Positions 11,360-23,400 of a stretch of 64,000 nt of DNA are shown here, piece after piece. Both the position numbers and the translations under genes were made by a program. A model generated the notes under the pieces. That model was not told where the DNA came from and did not search any database. It worked only from the letters and a program-made list of their open reading frames with translations. How positions within the stretch are numbered: the first letter of the stretch is position 1; each line of letters begins with the position of its first letter. The DNA is from Styela clava (taxonomy: Eukaryota), in assembly GCF_964204865.1 (NCBI RefSeq), contig NC_135253.1, forward strand, positions 6,262,001-6,326,000, written 5' to 3'.

Positions 11360-14300
11360 TTAGTTCTCGTCTGGAAACGTTCTTGCATCTTTGTTTATTC
11401 TTGTATAAGATGGTTCGACGGTTTTACTTTGGTCTTCGTATATATACAATTCTATAACACTGGGCACTGACTGCGATCTGAAAACAAAACGATTTAAATA
11501 TATTAACTGACATTCGATAGAGTGTGGAATTCAATGTGCGGGTATTCTAGCGAATGTGGATTGTAACTATATTTCAACACTCGGACGAAAACCGGAAACA
11601 CACGTCATCAAAATTAGTCGATAAGAAGAACGCTATGCACAAGTAATCTAAGGCTTGAAGCTGTCGCGATAAATCATAATCGTGGAAATAGCTAGAATGG
11701 CATATTTCATTGAATTCAACATACTAATAAAAAGTGGTTAAATAACATTGAAGTCCATAGTTACAATCCACATTCGCTACAGTATATATGTATATTAACA
11801 AGGTTGTATCAGATTGTAATGGAATAAAAAGCTCCGAATATTCCATTCGAAAATTAAAAGTGATGATAAAAGTGTTGCTATCAAATAACTAAACGATTAT
11901 TTTATGTGGAAATTCACATTTCAATACGATATCTCTTACGTTACCTTCATTAACGAACTTTTACAACAGTTTTCATACCTCTTTCTACGATTTTTTTCTT
12001 CCTCTACAAATTTTTCAACTTCGCCCTCTTCATCCCTACGTCTGTCTTCTTCTCTTTTGGAAGCACATCGAGTTCCTTCTGATCCGTAACAAGTGCATTC
12101 CATACCAATTCCTTCAAACATGTAGGGCCATCTTTCACATTTTCCGCGAATTGGGCAAGTTGTCATTCCTTTAAAATTACAAACAAGAGAGCAATGCTAA
12201 AATATAATAATATATTTGTCCGTATTATGGACACAATAATCAAATGACCAAAATAGCAACCGCAAAGTAAGCCAATGTTAAAAAGCAGTAGCTTACCGAA
12301 TGTTATAAAGATTTGTACCGAATGTCATAAGATAATGTGCCCATTAATCAGAAATAAAACATTTGGGTTGCAAAGTCAGGTCTCAACGAAATCGAACTTC
12401 TAACCTTCTCCCGTCTCTAAGTACTAGAATTTGACAACAAATTGACATTGCAAAGGCTACAAAACAAACCAATATAACAAATTTTGAAACTCGCGTTCTT
12501 ACTTCTAGCAAAAATTAATAAATCACTAACCCAAAGGGCATGCCGAGCAAGATTGCGAATCATCTTCTTCGCAAGGTATTTTAGTTGGTTCTACTTCATA
12601 CTCCTCTTCCATAAAATTGATTGGAACAGTTTTAACTAAAAAAAATGTAGCATATATGTATATATAATACAAACGATATTTATCAGCAAGGCATTTTCAC
12701 CATTATGCAAACTAGTTATTTTGTTGAAAGTTACTCGTGTTGTCGTGTGACATTTATGTTTTTATCCCCGTGCATTCGAGTTTGTGTTGGCGAGGAGGTA
12801 CAATAATTATCGGCTGATAATAGTATAGTTTATCATGCATATCAGCAAAAATTCGTCTGCTTTTAAAGCGTTCAGTAACGTGGACTCGCGGAAGCTATGT
12901 AGTATCAAAAGAAACTTTTCAAGTTCATAGGCGATCAAATTATCTGCACAAATTTGAAATAACTAATACGCATGTAACTTACTACATTTGCATTGATGTC
13001 TTCCAACTCTTTCCCCAAAACATGTACACTCACATGATGAATCCGTTGTTGTTCGTTCCCAGGTTTCACCAATGGCATACATCATACCAGTCTAAAGAGT
13101 ATTGCTGGGTATAGTTTGAATTAACGCATAAAAGCTAATGAAGGATTTACGAATGATATATCTCGCAACCAGGGAAACAAAAACTTGATAAATTAGCGCA
13201 TTGTTTCGTCTTCTGTTCCACTAATAGTAATTCGGGGTGTGTGATATAGCGCTGAAATATAATATCTATGAAATAATGCAAAATTGGGTTCAAAACATGG
13301 GAATTTTCGTGTTTTTCAATTTTTGAATGGCGATTTCAGACAACATGCCTTCAGCCAACAAAAATGATGGCCCGAAGGCGTTTATACTTTTGTTTTGGTA
13401 TAACGTTGTATGCGTCATAGTAGTCTGGTACAAAACTGAAAAAATATATATATATTCTTATTCTACGCTTTACCGAAATGCAATTTTTCTTCGCCCGCCG
13501 CATTCAATAGAATATCATAGCGATAAACAATGTAAACCTCAGAATTCCTAAGTCTAAAAAATACGGAAAACAATGTCTAAAATCCTATTGTTTGTAAATT
13601 TAAACATTTTTGACTTGCGAATCATTGTTACAATTGGAAAACCAAAAATAGTATGTAATATTGGGTATAATGGACGTTTTCCAGGCCCTACAACCCTGAA
13701 AAAATCTTCCCTATATATACTTTCTCATTGCGAAAAATTTTCAAAGCTGATTTGGAATTTTTTTGGAAAGTTAGCGCTTACAAACTGGCACACATGTTCA
13801 AAACTATCGTTTTTATTCAAAACAATAAACCACGTGCCGGTTATAGGTACTGATAGCTAATTTTAGGCGAGTCTTTCGCAGTTTTTACGTTATCAATTTA
13901 TTATTATTGTAACTGAACTAAAAGCCCTTGAAAGACATAACGACAATTAAGTTATTTGATTCACAACTATTTTTAAAAACACAACTAAAAACTGACGGAC
14001 AACACGGAGAACTACCGAAAAGAGGCAATGTTTACAACCACGCTTGAATATCTGTCTGAGCGAAAGAAGAGTCTGAGCGGCGGCATAAAATCCAATTGTT
14101 ACGTCATTGTTAACTTATTTCTGATTTGTAATTATTACGGAAATAAACAAGGAATTTGATGCTCGGGATGGTCCCAATCGTCATTCGAATGTCCACCCCA
14201 ATAGGGCAAAAATTACACTTGTTCAGATGGTTTATCATCCAGACGGCTAAGCTTCTTGTTTCAATTAAACCAGATTTAAAATAAAACTTTACCTCTTTAT

Positions 14301-15130
14301 CTTGACACTTCTCTCCATCGGGACATATATAAGACCTAGCACAACATTCGTCTGAAACGGGTTCGCATCCAGGTGGATAACTCATTGGAGGACATCTGTA
14401 GCAAAAGTAAATAGTAAAACAGATATAAGCAAAATGGCTATTACGTATTTATGAGCAAACAATATGCCTCATAATAGGACTCGATCATTTATACAGTTCA
14501 GAAATATGAATTATGGGATGAGAGAAATATTAAAAAACCGCTGCCTATACCCTGTTATACACATTGACGTACCTGTGAACACATGCCCCTGTAGGAATCC
14601 AGAGATTTTTAATTTTTCGAATTACACATGTGCATTCAAATTTACATGGCGATCCTTTGAATGTGTGGCCGAACGTTTCCCCTTCTTCGTAGTAGGTTGA
14701 ATTCACGTAGCATTTTTCTGCATCGATTTAACAAATATAATTGAGAATATAAGGATGATTGATGGCAAAATACAATTGAATGTTATCTCACGCTCTGTTC
14801 AAACTAGACTCTCAGTGATCTCCAAAACGATGTAAAAAATTGATCCAAAGTGCAATCGACATATCAAAATAACTGTAACTGTTATTGCGGATAACTGGCT
14901 TTTCAGAAGTATGATTATTAATAATTCAAACGTAGCTTTGTTAAAGTAGGAAATTTCGCATAAAGAATAACCAAAAATGTTATATAAATATATATATTAT
15001 GATTCGTAATCTTTAAATAACTAACTTTAATATAAAATTCATGCTTACTTTGAGCGTCCGATAGCTTCATACAGCACGTTGACAACCAGGTTGAAGAAAA
15101 AGTCAATAACAAAATTGTAAACGGAAACAT
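11360..15130 (-). CDS. Small secreted cysteine-rich protein (~283 aa): signal peptide, VWC domain, FN1-like domain, acidic linker, second Cys-rich module, RRKR site, C-terminal peptide
   Basis: Seven GT-AG exons with matching phases: 15130-15049 (MFPFTILLLTFSSTWLSTCC...), 14717-14573, 14395-14293, 13091-12983, 12635-12531, 12168-11979, 11477-11360. Total 852 nt, in frame. Minus-strand AATAAA at 11342-11347. Confidence 0.8.
11543..11784. mobile_element. MITE with ~28-bp TIRs ending in TA (Tc1/mariner-like)
   Basis: TATTCTAGCGAATGTGGATTGTAACTAT at 11543 and ATAGTTACAATCCACATTCGCTACAGTA ending at 11784 (26/28 inverted match). Lies in the last intron of the VWC-FN1 gene. Confidence 0.75.
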
Positions 15131-17421
15131 ATTCACGCAGCGATTTATAAGATAAATATTTGAAAAACTACAAAGTAGATTAAATTTTGTGTTCTATAGC
15201 AATAGAAAACTTTCTGATAATTATTGAAATGATATTCGTTATTTGAATTATTAGGCTACTATTCACAATCTGATAAGTGACTAACTGCTGTTACCAATCT
15301 TATAAAAAGTACACCATTTTCAGTGTGCTATGTCATCAATCTTTTGTTTTTAAAAACAATGCTTTCATTCTGATGTGAAATATTTATTGTACTGCTCGAG
15401 GTCACGAAGTATTTTGATCGTTAGTTCCACCACGATCATGTGCGATATTATCATAGATTCTGAAAAAACGCTTCCTGCCAATCATACATCATCAAACAAC
15501 AAGTATACGTCATAAGACAAAGATTTCTGAACATGATAATAAAGCGTCGGGATTTTGAAGTAGTTAAATACGGGAAGAAAAATCACTTTATCTGAAATTT
15601 TTCTGTTGAATCGGTCGTTTAAATTAATTGCTCAGTTTAATCATTCCCATTCCCTCAGCGTAAATAGTATAACACGTTTTAATATATATATATATGATAG
15701 TTCTATATTTGCCGTTTGAATTTTTTCGAATATATATATCAGTTTTATTTAATCAACTATATTGGTATATGTATATATATATATAACAGTTTATTGAAGT
15801 CAAAAAAATCGCTGACTAATAGCATTCATTATAGAAATATCGCTTCCCTTACCTTGTCTAGAAGAAACAATTCCGCAAGCAATCCCAACTCGAATGCTTG
15901 TGCCTTTCAGTTTTGTACTTTTTATGGCAGTCCGATATCCAAAAACATATATCATTGCTCTTATTATCAATCATTGCCAATATTTAAAAATATATATATA
16001 TCATGCATCAACGCGACAATGATTTTAGCAATGCGTGAAGTATAAACATACTGCTTTCGCTGACGGGTTTAATGAGAAGTCGTGAAATTTATTTTCCTAG
16101 ATAGCTTACGAAGCGATAAATTAACCTTCTGTTTAAGTCACTTAAATTGACTGTCAAGTAAATCCTTAAATTAGAAATCGTGGAGAAGTCAAATTTTGTT
16201 AGCTAAGCAATTAAACTTTATTGAACTTCATTACTGATCATCGATTCATAATCAGCTGTTGAAGCTTACCAAATTGAAAACGGCATTGTAAAACATGAGT
16301 GATATTTTCACTTATTCTTGAAAAATACGGTGGAAGTAAGGCGGATTTAAATTTTGATCAATTATTATCAGTACCCTTGGGATGAGTCACACCAATGAAA
16401 GAGTTTCTCCTGTTTTATATAGATGTGAATGGAGTTTTATTTTAGTATTAGAAACAATCCAAATCCGAAGCGACAGTTGAACATGATAGCCTACATTGAA
16501 CAAATAAAGTTTATTTATTGTGCCTCATTCAGGAGTCAAATTTTGGTATTTATTTTAATTTTACACCAACTATACATATTTATAGTAGGCCTACATGTCG
16601 ATGTAATACTGAGTGATTAAAGTGTGGATTAAATAAGATAATAACGCCAGTCGTAAAATGGCAAAAATCAACAAAAATAAAAAGATTTTCCACCTGTACC
16701 ACATAGGCTACTGAGTATCAATGCTATTGATTACACTACGTGGGCTCAATAGCTAAATTCATATTGATATACAGTACCTTGACTGGCAGTGGGCGAAGAC
16801 CGCTATATCGGCTTTCGTAGATTTTCAAGAATGTGGATTTCGGAAGTAGCCTAATTCAGAAGAAAGTAAATTAGATATTAAAATGATTTAAAAATATTAT
16901 TCATCAGTTTTTTCAGACATCTGTTAGTGTCGAAATTTCTGTTTCTATAAATTATATTGCCTTTGTTTCAAATACACAACCACATAAACTGAAGTTCAAT
17001 CGTAATATTTCTGTTCACTATATCTTTACATACTGTATTCATTTAATTTTCTTTACCTTTTCGGTAAATTTTTAAATGAGAAATAACTGATTGATATGTG
17101 TTTTTGTGCTCACGCAGCCTTATTTGCTTGTTTCGTCTTTCTCCCTAAAAATCAAATGAATGTGAAAACCCCTTTACTTGTGAACAGGTGTGCAATGACT
17201 TGCTATGATCAAACGAATATCGAAGGAATTGCGCGAAAGAACTGGCGGGTACAATCGGTACTCACGTGGGCAGATAAAGTCAAAATAATAGATTTCATAG
17301 GAATCGACAGCGTGCGTTCTCGCGACGGGAAAACCAGCGCTTCACAAAGCTGCAAAGGCTGATACAACAGCAGATAATACAGTAATAAAAAGACCTTGTT
17401 CGTTCTATTTACTGATTCAAA

Positions 17422-20400
17422 ATGAGAGTGATTGCTTTGATCAGGTGAGTTTAATGTATTTTCGGCGTTAAAAAAGCCCAAGTGACCACAATATCTGAAT
17501 ATACCATAACTTATTATGACTAAGTTAAGGTGTTTCATGCGTTTGAAACAAATAACTAGACCAGAGCTGGTTTGCCATACGATAAAGCTGTATTACTGTC
17601 GGCTTTTTTCTCCCCCAGGATAAATATGTAAAACTATCCTATTGTTTCGCCCTCTCATCATGAAATTTTAAATCTGTTTCACAGATTGCAGCTGGTTTTA
17701 CCGTTACAAACTAGCCAACATGCATCTTATTATTACATAATATATTATTTTCAGTGGTGGAAAAGACAGTTGTTTTAATATGATGCATGCTCATCTCGAA
17801 GGCCATGATATAGTTGGTTTGGCTAACCTTTATCCAAGTGATACTAGTAAAGGTAAATTGCCTGCTCATCTACAATAAGTGTTTAATTGACTGATTGCAC
17901 ATGTAGCCTTTAATAAATGAATTATACTACTATATACTGATATACGTATTATTTTTTACCTTATAGACATAGAAAAAGTTAAATAGTAATATTGGATTCT
18001 ACATCGAAAATTTTTCAATGCATAAGTGTGTAGTTGAAGCTTTAATAATTTGGATATTTGAATAAATATGTTAACATTCAGTTCCAACATATTCCAACAT
18101 CACTTCATATTTAGATGTCATTTTCAATGTTACTATAATCTTGCACATATTTTTGCTTTTAAAGATGAACTTGATAGCTACATGTATCAAACTGTCGGTC
18201 ATGAGGCAATCGAACTTTATTCGGAAGCAATGGAAATTCCTTTATTTAGAAGGTGAGACATCCTTTATATTGATTGTAAGTTAATGAGGAAAAGAGTGTC
18301 TATAGATTGACTGGTCTATAAAATATATCAATAATTCCTAAAAAGTAGTATCATGAGACACACACTAATTATTCATTATTATTTTCATATAAATGAGTTA
18401 TAGTTGTTCAGTTTATTTTTTCTTTTAGAAAAATATCTGGCACATCCAAAATAATTGATCTGAATTATGTGCCTGATGACAATGATGAGGTTGAGGATCT
18501 GTACGAATTACTGAAGGAAATTCAGGTAAAAGAAGATTTCACATGCATTAGGAAATTGAAGCCTAATTTAATGTTTGTAAGGCGAACAATGCTTGAAATC
18601 AAAAGTAGTAAAAAAAATTCGGAAGCACTCATAAATTAACTCCGATAACTCAAGCTTTTTTCTCTGAACAAGGCTCTGTACAATGGGCCACTGATATCTA
18701 GATCAATAAGTAAAGAGACATTATGTTGGAAGGACTGGAATTTTTGGTCATACATAAGCTAAGACATTGCCTATTGAATTTATTAGACCTTGGGTGGGTG
18801 AGGTAGTGGCCGTGGGATTTGAACTTGAGATGTGTAACCTGCGATGCCAACATATTTGAGTCTGGCGCTTTAACCACTAGGCCATTGTGGCCTGGCGGAT
18901 GTCCACAACATCGTGAAATATTCTAAACTACCCATACCATTCACCTTGCGTTTATACAGAAACCAAAATACTAATTTTCAATTTGTTTTGCAGAGAACGC
19001 TTCATTTTGATGCGGTCGCAAGTGGAGCAATATTATCTGATTATCAGAGGATCAGAGTTGAATCTGTTTGTTCAAGACTTGGTGTTACAAGTTTATCATA
19101 TTTGTGGAGAAGAAATCAAGAAGAACTTCTACAGGTGTTGAAAAGCATTGACTTTTGTCATTTGAGCAACCATGCTTTTAATCCCATGCATCAGAATGAT
19201 ATGTGTTCAATTGTATAACTATCCTAGTAAAATTACATCTTCGAACTGTTTTAAAATTTTGATTGTAGCCTCAGACTCTTCAACTATGATAGCATTGCTG
19301 GATCAAATATCGGATTTAAATCCCATGCTCACCACCTTACCCGGGGTGTGGCAAATTGGATAGGGCAATAGAAAATAAAATGCCAAACCGAAAAAGTCCC
19401 GTGTATAATGTCGAACAATGTATCAGCAAACATTCGAGACTAAAATTCCTATCTAAATTAAAATTTGTGCTGCCAAACTGGAATCTTATTCTATTTGTCT
19501 CACATTGGTGTTTGTTATTTAGGAAATGATTGCCAGTGGATTGAAAGCAGTTTTGATAAAAACAGCAGCTCTTGGACTTGATCCTAGAAAGCATTTGGGA
19601 AAAACTCTAGATGAAGTATCAGAAACATTACGCAAGTTGGTAAGTATACAATATTAGTGTTTTACCTTACATCTAGACATTTTTGCTCTGGTAGTGTAAC
19701 ATTTTTGCTTAATGTTAGCGGATGAACTTAAATTAACAGACATTAAAATTGGAAAATATTCTGACAAGAATGTAATAACGAAAAAAGGTGTAAATTTAAA
19801 TTTTTGATTTTCACTCACTATAATGCATAATGTGATATTAGTTTTTGAAACTTCAATATTATTATGATACAACCAATGCAATCGAAATTACTTTGAGTGG
19901 TATGTCCTCATTTATCCTAGAATAAAGAGTATGGTTGTCATGTGTGTGGAGAGGGAGGAGAATTTGAGACATTTACATTGGACTGCCCTCTGTTCAAGAA
20001 AAGAATTGTAATGTGAGGTTTGGATAACAATTTACTACATTGCCTAATAGATTTTGATCTGATTTCGATAATTATGAGGTTTATGGCCTTATACCAAAAT
20101 GCTGCTTCTAGTTATCACTAGAGATATATGCCTTAGTATATCATACTAATATTGTTGCAGTGATGGCAGTGATATAATAATACACTCAGATGACTATTTT
20201 GCACCAGTTGGTTATTTGAAGTTGAAGAAAATGCATTTGGAACAAAAGTCTGAAAGTGACATTCAACATGTCGACAAATGGCATCTTCTTTCTTCAAAAA
20301 AGTGGGAGGAGAAATATGTATCTGAGCTCAACACTGACAAACTTGACTCAGGAATCAACAATAATGGAGAATTTTTACGGGTATATTTTTTGATTAATAT

Positions 20401-23400
20401 TACTTTGGTTTGTCAGGCACTGAATTATTCGATAGGATTTACATGTTTATCCTGGGGGAGAAAAGCCGGTAAGATGACTTAACCCAGGGTGGTCCAAACC
20501 TGGGCCCGCGGGCCAAGAGTGGCCCGCCGCTTTATTATCTGTGGCCCACAGCGCATTTGCGGGATGATGAACAAAAAATGCAATTGGTGTTGTTTCGTCA
20601 TAAAAATAACCAGAAAATCATTTGACGTATTGTTACATCACTAATTTCGCTTAATTGACTAGTGTTATGGCCAGCTGAGGCAACTAGCGAAGTTGAATAA
20701 TGTGCTTGGCTAGTGTAAATTGTTAACTGGCTTTCTATTTCTATCTTTTTGTTCGGGAATATATATATTCGGGTGGTTTTTTGCAACCAGCCTAAATAGT
20801 ATTCAAAAAATGCTGCCTTTATGTCAGAAAATTTAGTGATTACCCTTTATCTTATATGAGTGTGAAAAGAAAGATGACCAATTTAAACATATTTTTGACT
20901 GGATATGGGAGGAAAAATACCACATGGCTTGCTTCATGTGTCTGAAGGTTACCAAAATGTAGATATAGTAAATTATTTACACGTTCTAGCGAGTTTTTTG
21001 GTGGTTTGTACTGTTTACCTATTTTTGGCACTATTGTGGCCCGCGATTGATACAAAAATAATAGTATGGCCCGCGAGGCCGATAACCTTGGACCACCCTG
21101 GCGAAACCATTTGGCGAACACCGGCCTCTCGTTCGTTTACCATGCCATGTCGGGTATGGGATTAGTAAGTTATTTGTTTTTGGAAATATGGACTTGATGG
21201 TAGAGAAAGCCGTCACCGACCAGCAGTTATGTGAACCACCCTACGGCGGCGAGGAGTCCAGCAATCCTCTCGCACATAACTATCGCTGCATGGTATTCAA
21301 ACCTGCGAATTCACGCAGAGTAATGGCCAATGAGCTTCCTTTGGGTTTTGGCAAAAAATCCCTCCATCCTGCATTCATATGAAATGTATGAAACTGTATT
21401 TTTCAAGATGCTCAAGTAAGGAATTAATGCATATTATTAAGGTAGGCTATATTAAAATTGTCAAATTGTGTAGTTTTCAAAGAATGTTTAATAGGATTGG
21501 ATAGGATTTATCCCGGGGGAAAAGGAAAGCCGATAAGACAACTTAACCATATGGCGAACCACGACCTCTCTTCCTGTTACCATTCCATGTCGGGTATGGG
21601 ATTAGTTAATTATTTGTTTTCGGTAGCATGGACTTGATGGTGGAGGAAGCCGCATATAACCATCCCTGCATGAGATTCGAACCTGCGAACCCACGCAGAG
21701 TAATCAGAGTTGCGGTGACAAGCGTGTCCTAATGCATTGCATGATGAGCCACACGTGATGAGCGTACATTCATTTTATAACGAAGTTCATCGTGAATCGA
21801 TTGTCCTTGTTTATAAAATATACTTGAGCGTTAATTAATTGCAAACATTTTCATCTGATTAGAAACAACAATCACATTGGATATTTTTCTCTTCTGTGAT
21901 AGATTTCATGGGAAGAATCTGCCACTGTGGATCCACAGAATGAGCCTGGGGTGACCAATCATGAGAAATTTCTAACGGTATCGAATCTAGTAGGAACAAC
22001 CTCAGATGAAGTTACTTCAGATATTGTAGAAATAGTGACATTACAACTGCTTGAAAAATTAGTAGGTAAATGTGTATTAGGATTAAATTATACATTACAA
22101 TATGAAGAGTCTTCTAAGTCGAATCTATTTTCCCATTGGTCTCGAACATTAAAATATTGACAATTTTTGTATTTACCATGAGCACTAATGATATTCTTTC
22201 TATTTTTGGCAACATCAATTTATTTGTGGGTGCGTTGTGGGATGGCCTAGCATAGCAGTTGCCAAACTTTTAGTTCGTGTGGTGCCAAATTATCAGGTGA
22301 AAAACTCATGGCGCACTCACTCGAAATAAATTGCTGCCTTCAAGTAACACTCAATTTTGTGATCTTTATAGTGTACTTTATGCTTTTTTAAGTTTGTAAA
22401 CATGCAGGCCTAAAGAATAAAAGCAATGTTAACTCTCCTTCCTCATATCTGCCTGAGTTTCCTTTGAAATCTAAAAAAATCACTGATGTTCAATAAACTC
22501 TGTTCGACAGCTAATTTGATTCAGTTATTCGTATATATTTGTTTGTTGTTCCAACCACCCCATTCCTCAACTTGATTTTTCAATTTCCAGGAATCTTGTC
22601 AAAACATGGACATAAACAAGACAACATTTGCTATGTTCAAGTGAATGTATCTGAAATGTCGCATTATAAACATATCAACAAGGTTTATACTCAATTTTTC
22701 AAACAAAATCCTCCTGCTAGAGCATGCATTGGTTGCATCAGTAATTCCAACAGAACAGATAAAAAGACAATTCTTCAAATTTATTGCATATCATGCAAAG
22801 AGCATTCCAGTAAGAAATGTATGCATGTTCAAGGATTATCCCATTGGGCACCTGCAAATATAGGTACATTTCAATATTCTTTTTTGACAAGCAATACTGA
22901 TGGTCAAGCGAATCTATATATGTACAAATAGGATCTGAACCTGATGTTATTTAAATTAAATCATTGAAACTTTTCTTGTGCCCACAAAGTAGAAACATAA
23001 ATATTGGTCTATCGAGTTACCAGTAAGAATTTTAATATACCAGTAAGTAAAAACTTCAGTTATGTGAAATTCACTAATTTTAATGCTTCAAGACTCGCGA
23101 CAATCGTTATTTATTATCACATAATTTCACGGTATCCTTCTTTTTAGTCTCATAACTTCAGTAATCACTCAGAGGTGAATACGCATTTCCTTGCTTTGAG
23201 CAAATTTTCTCAAAAATTACGCATTAACGCAGACTGGAATCAACGCATAATTTAGCAATTTGTTCATTGATAATATGTCACACTAAATTTTGGTTTTCGA
23301 AGCAATGCAAGTGTTAATTCTTATCAATCTTTTTTAGGACCTTTTAGTCAGTGTGTTCTGGTGGATGATTTATTATTTGTGTCAGGAACTATAGCACTTA

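Noticed and set aside
11424-11990. Insulin A-chain resemblance of RRKR-YENCCKSSLMKIAVSAQC
   Set aside because: The CC...C spacing fits, but the third Cys is Leu and no B-chain motif is present; probably coincidence.
13151-13251. Exon-like Cys-containing segment on the minus strand (RYITHPELLL...CFPGCEIYH)
   Set aside because: It ends in phase 2 while the next exon needs phase 0; the 14293 donor joins 13091 cleanly and completes the FN1 motif.
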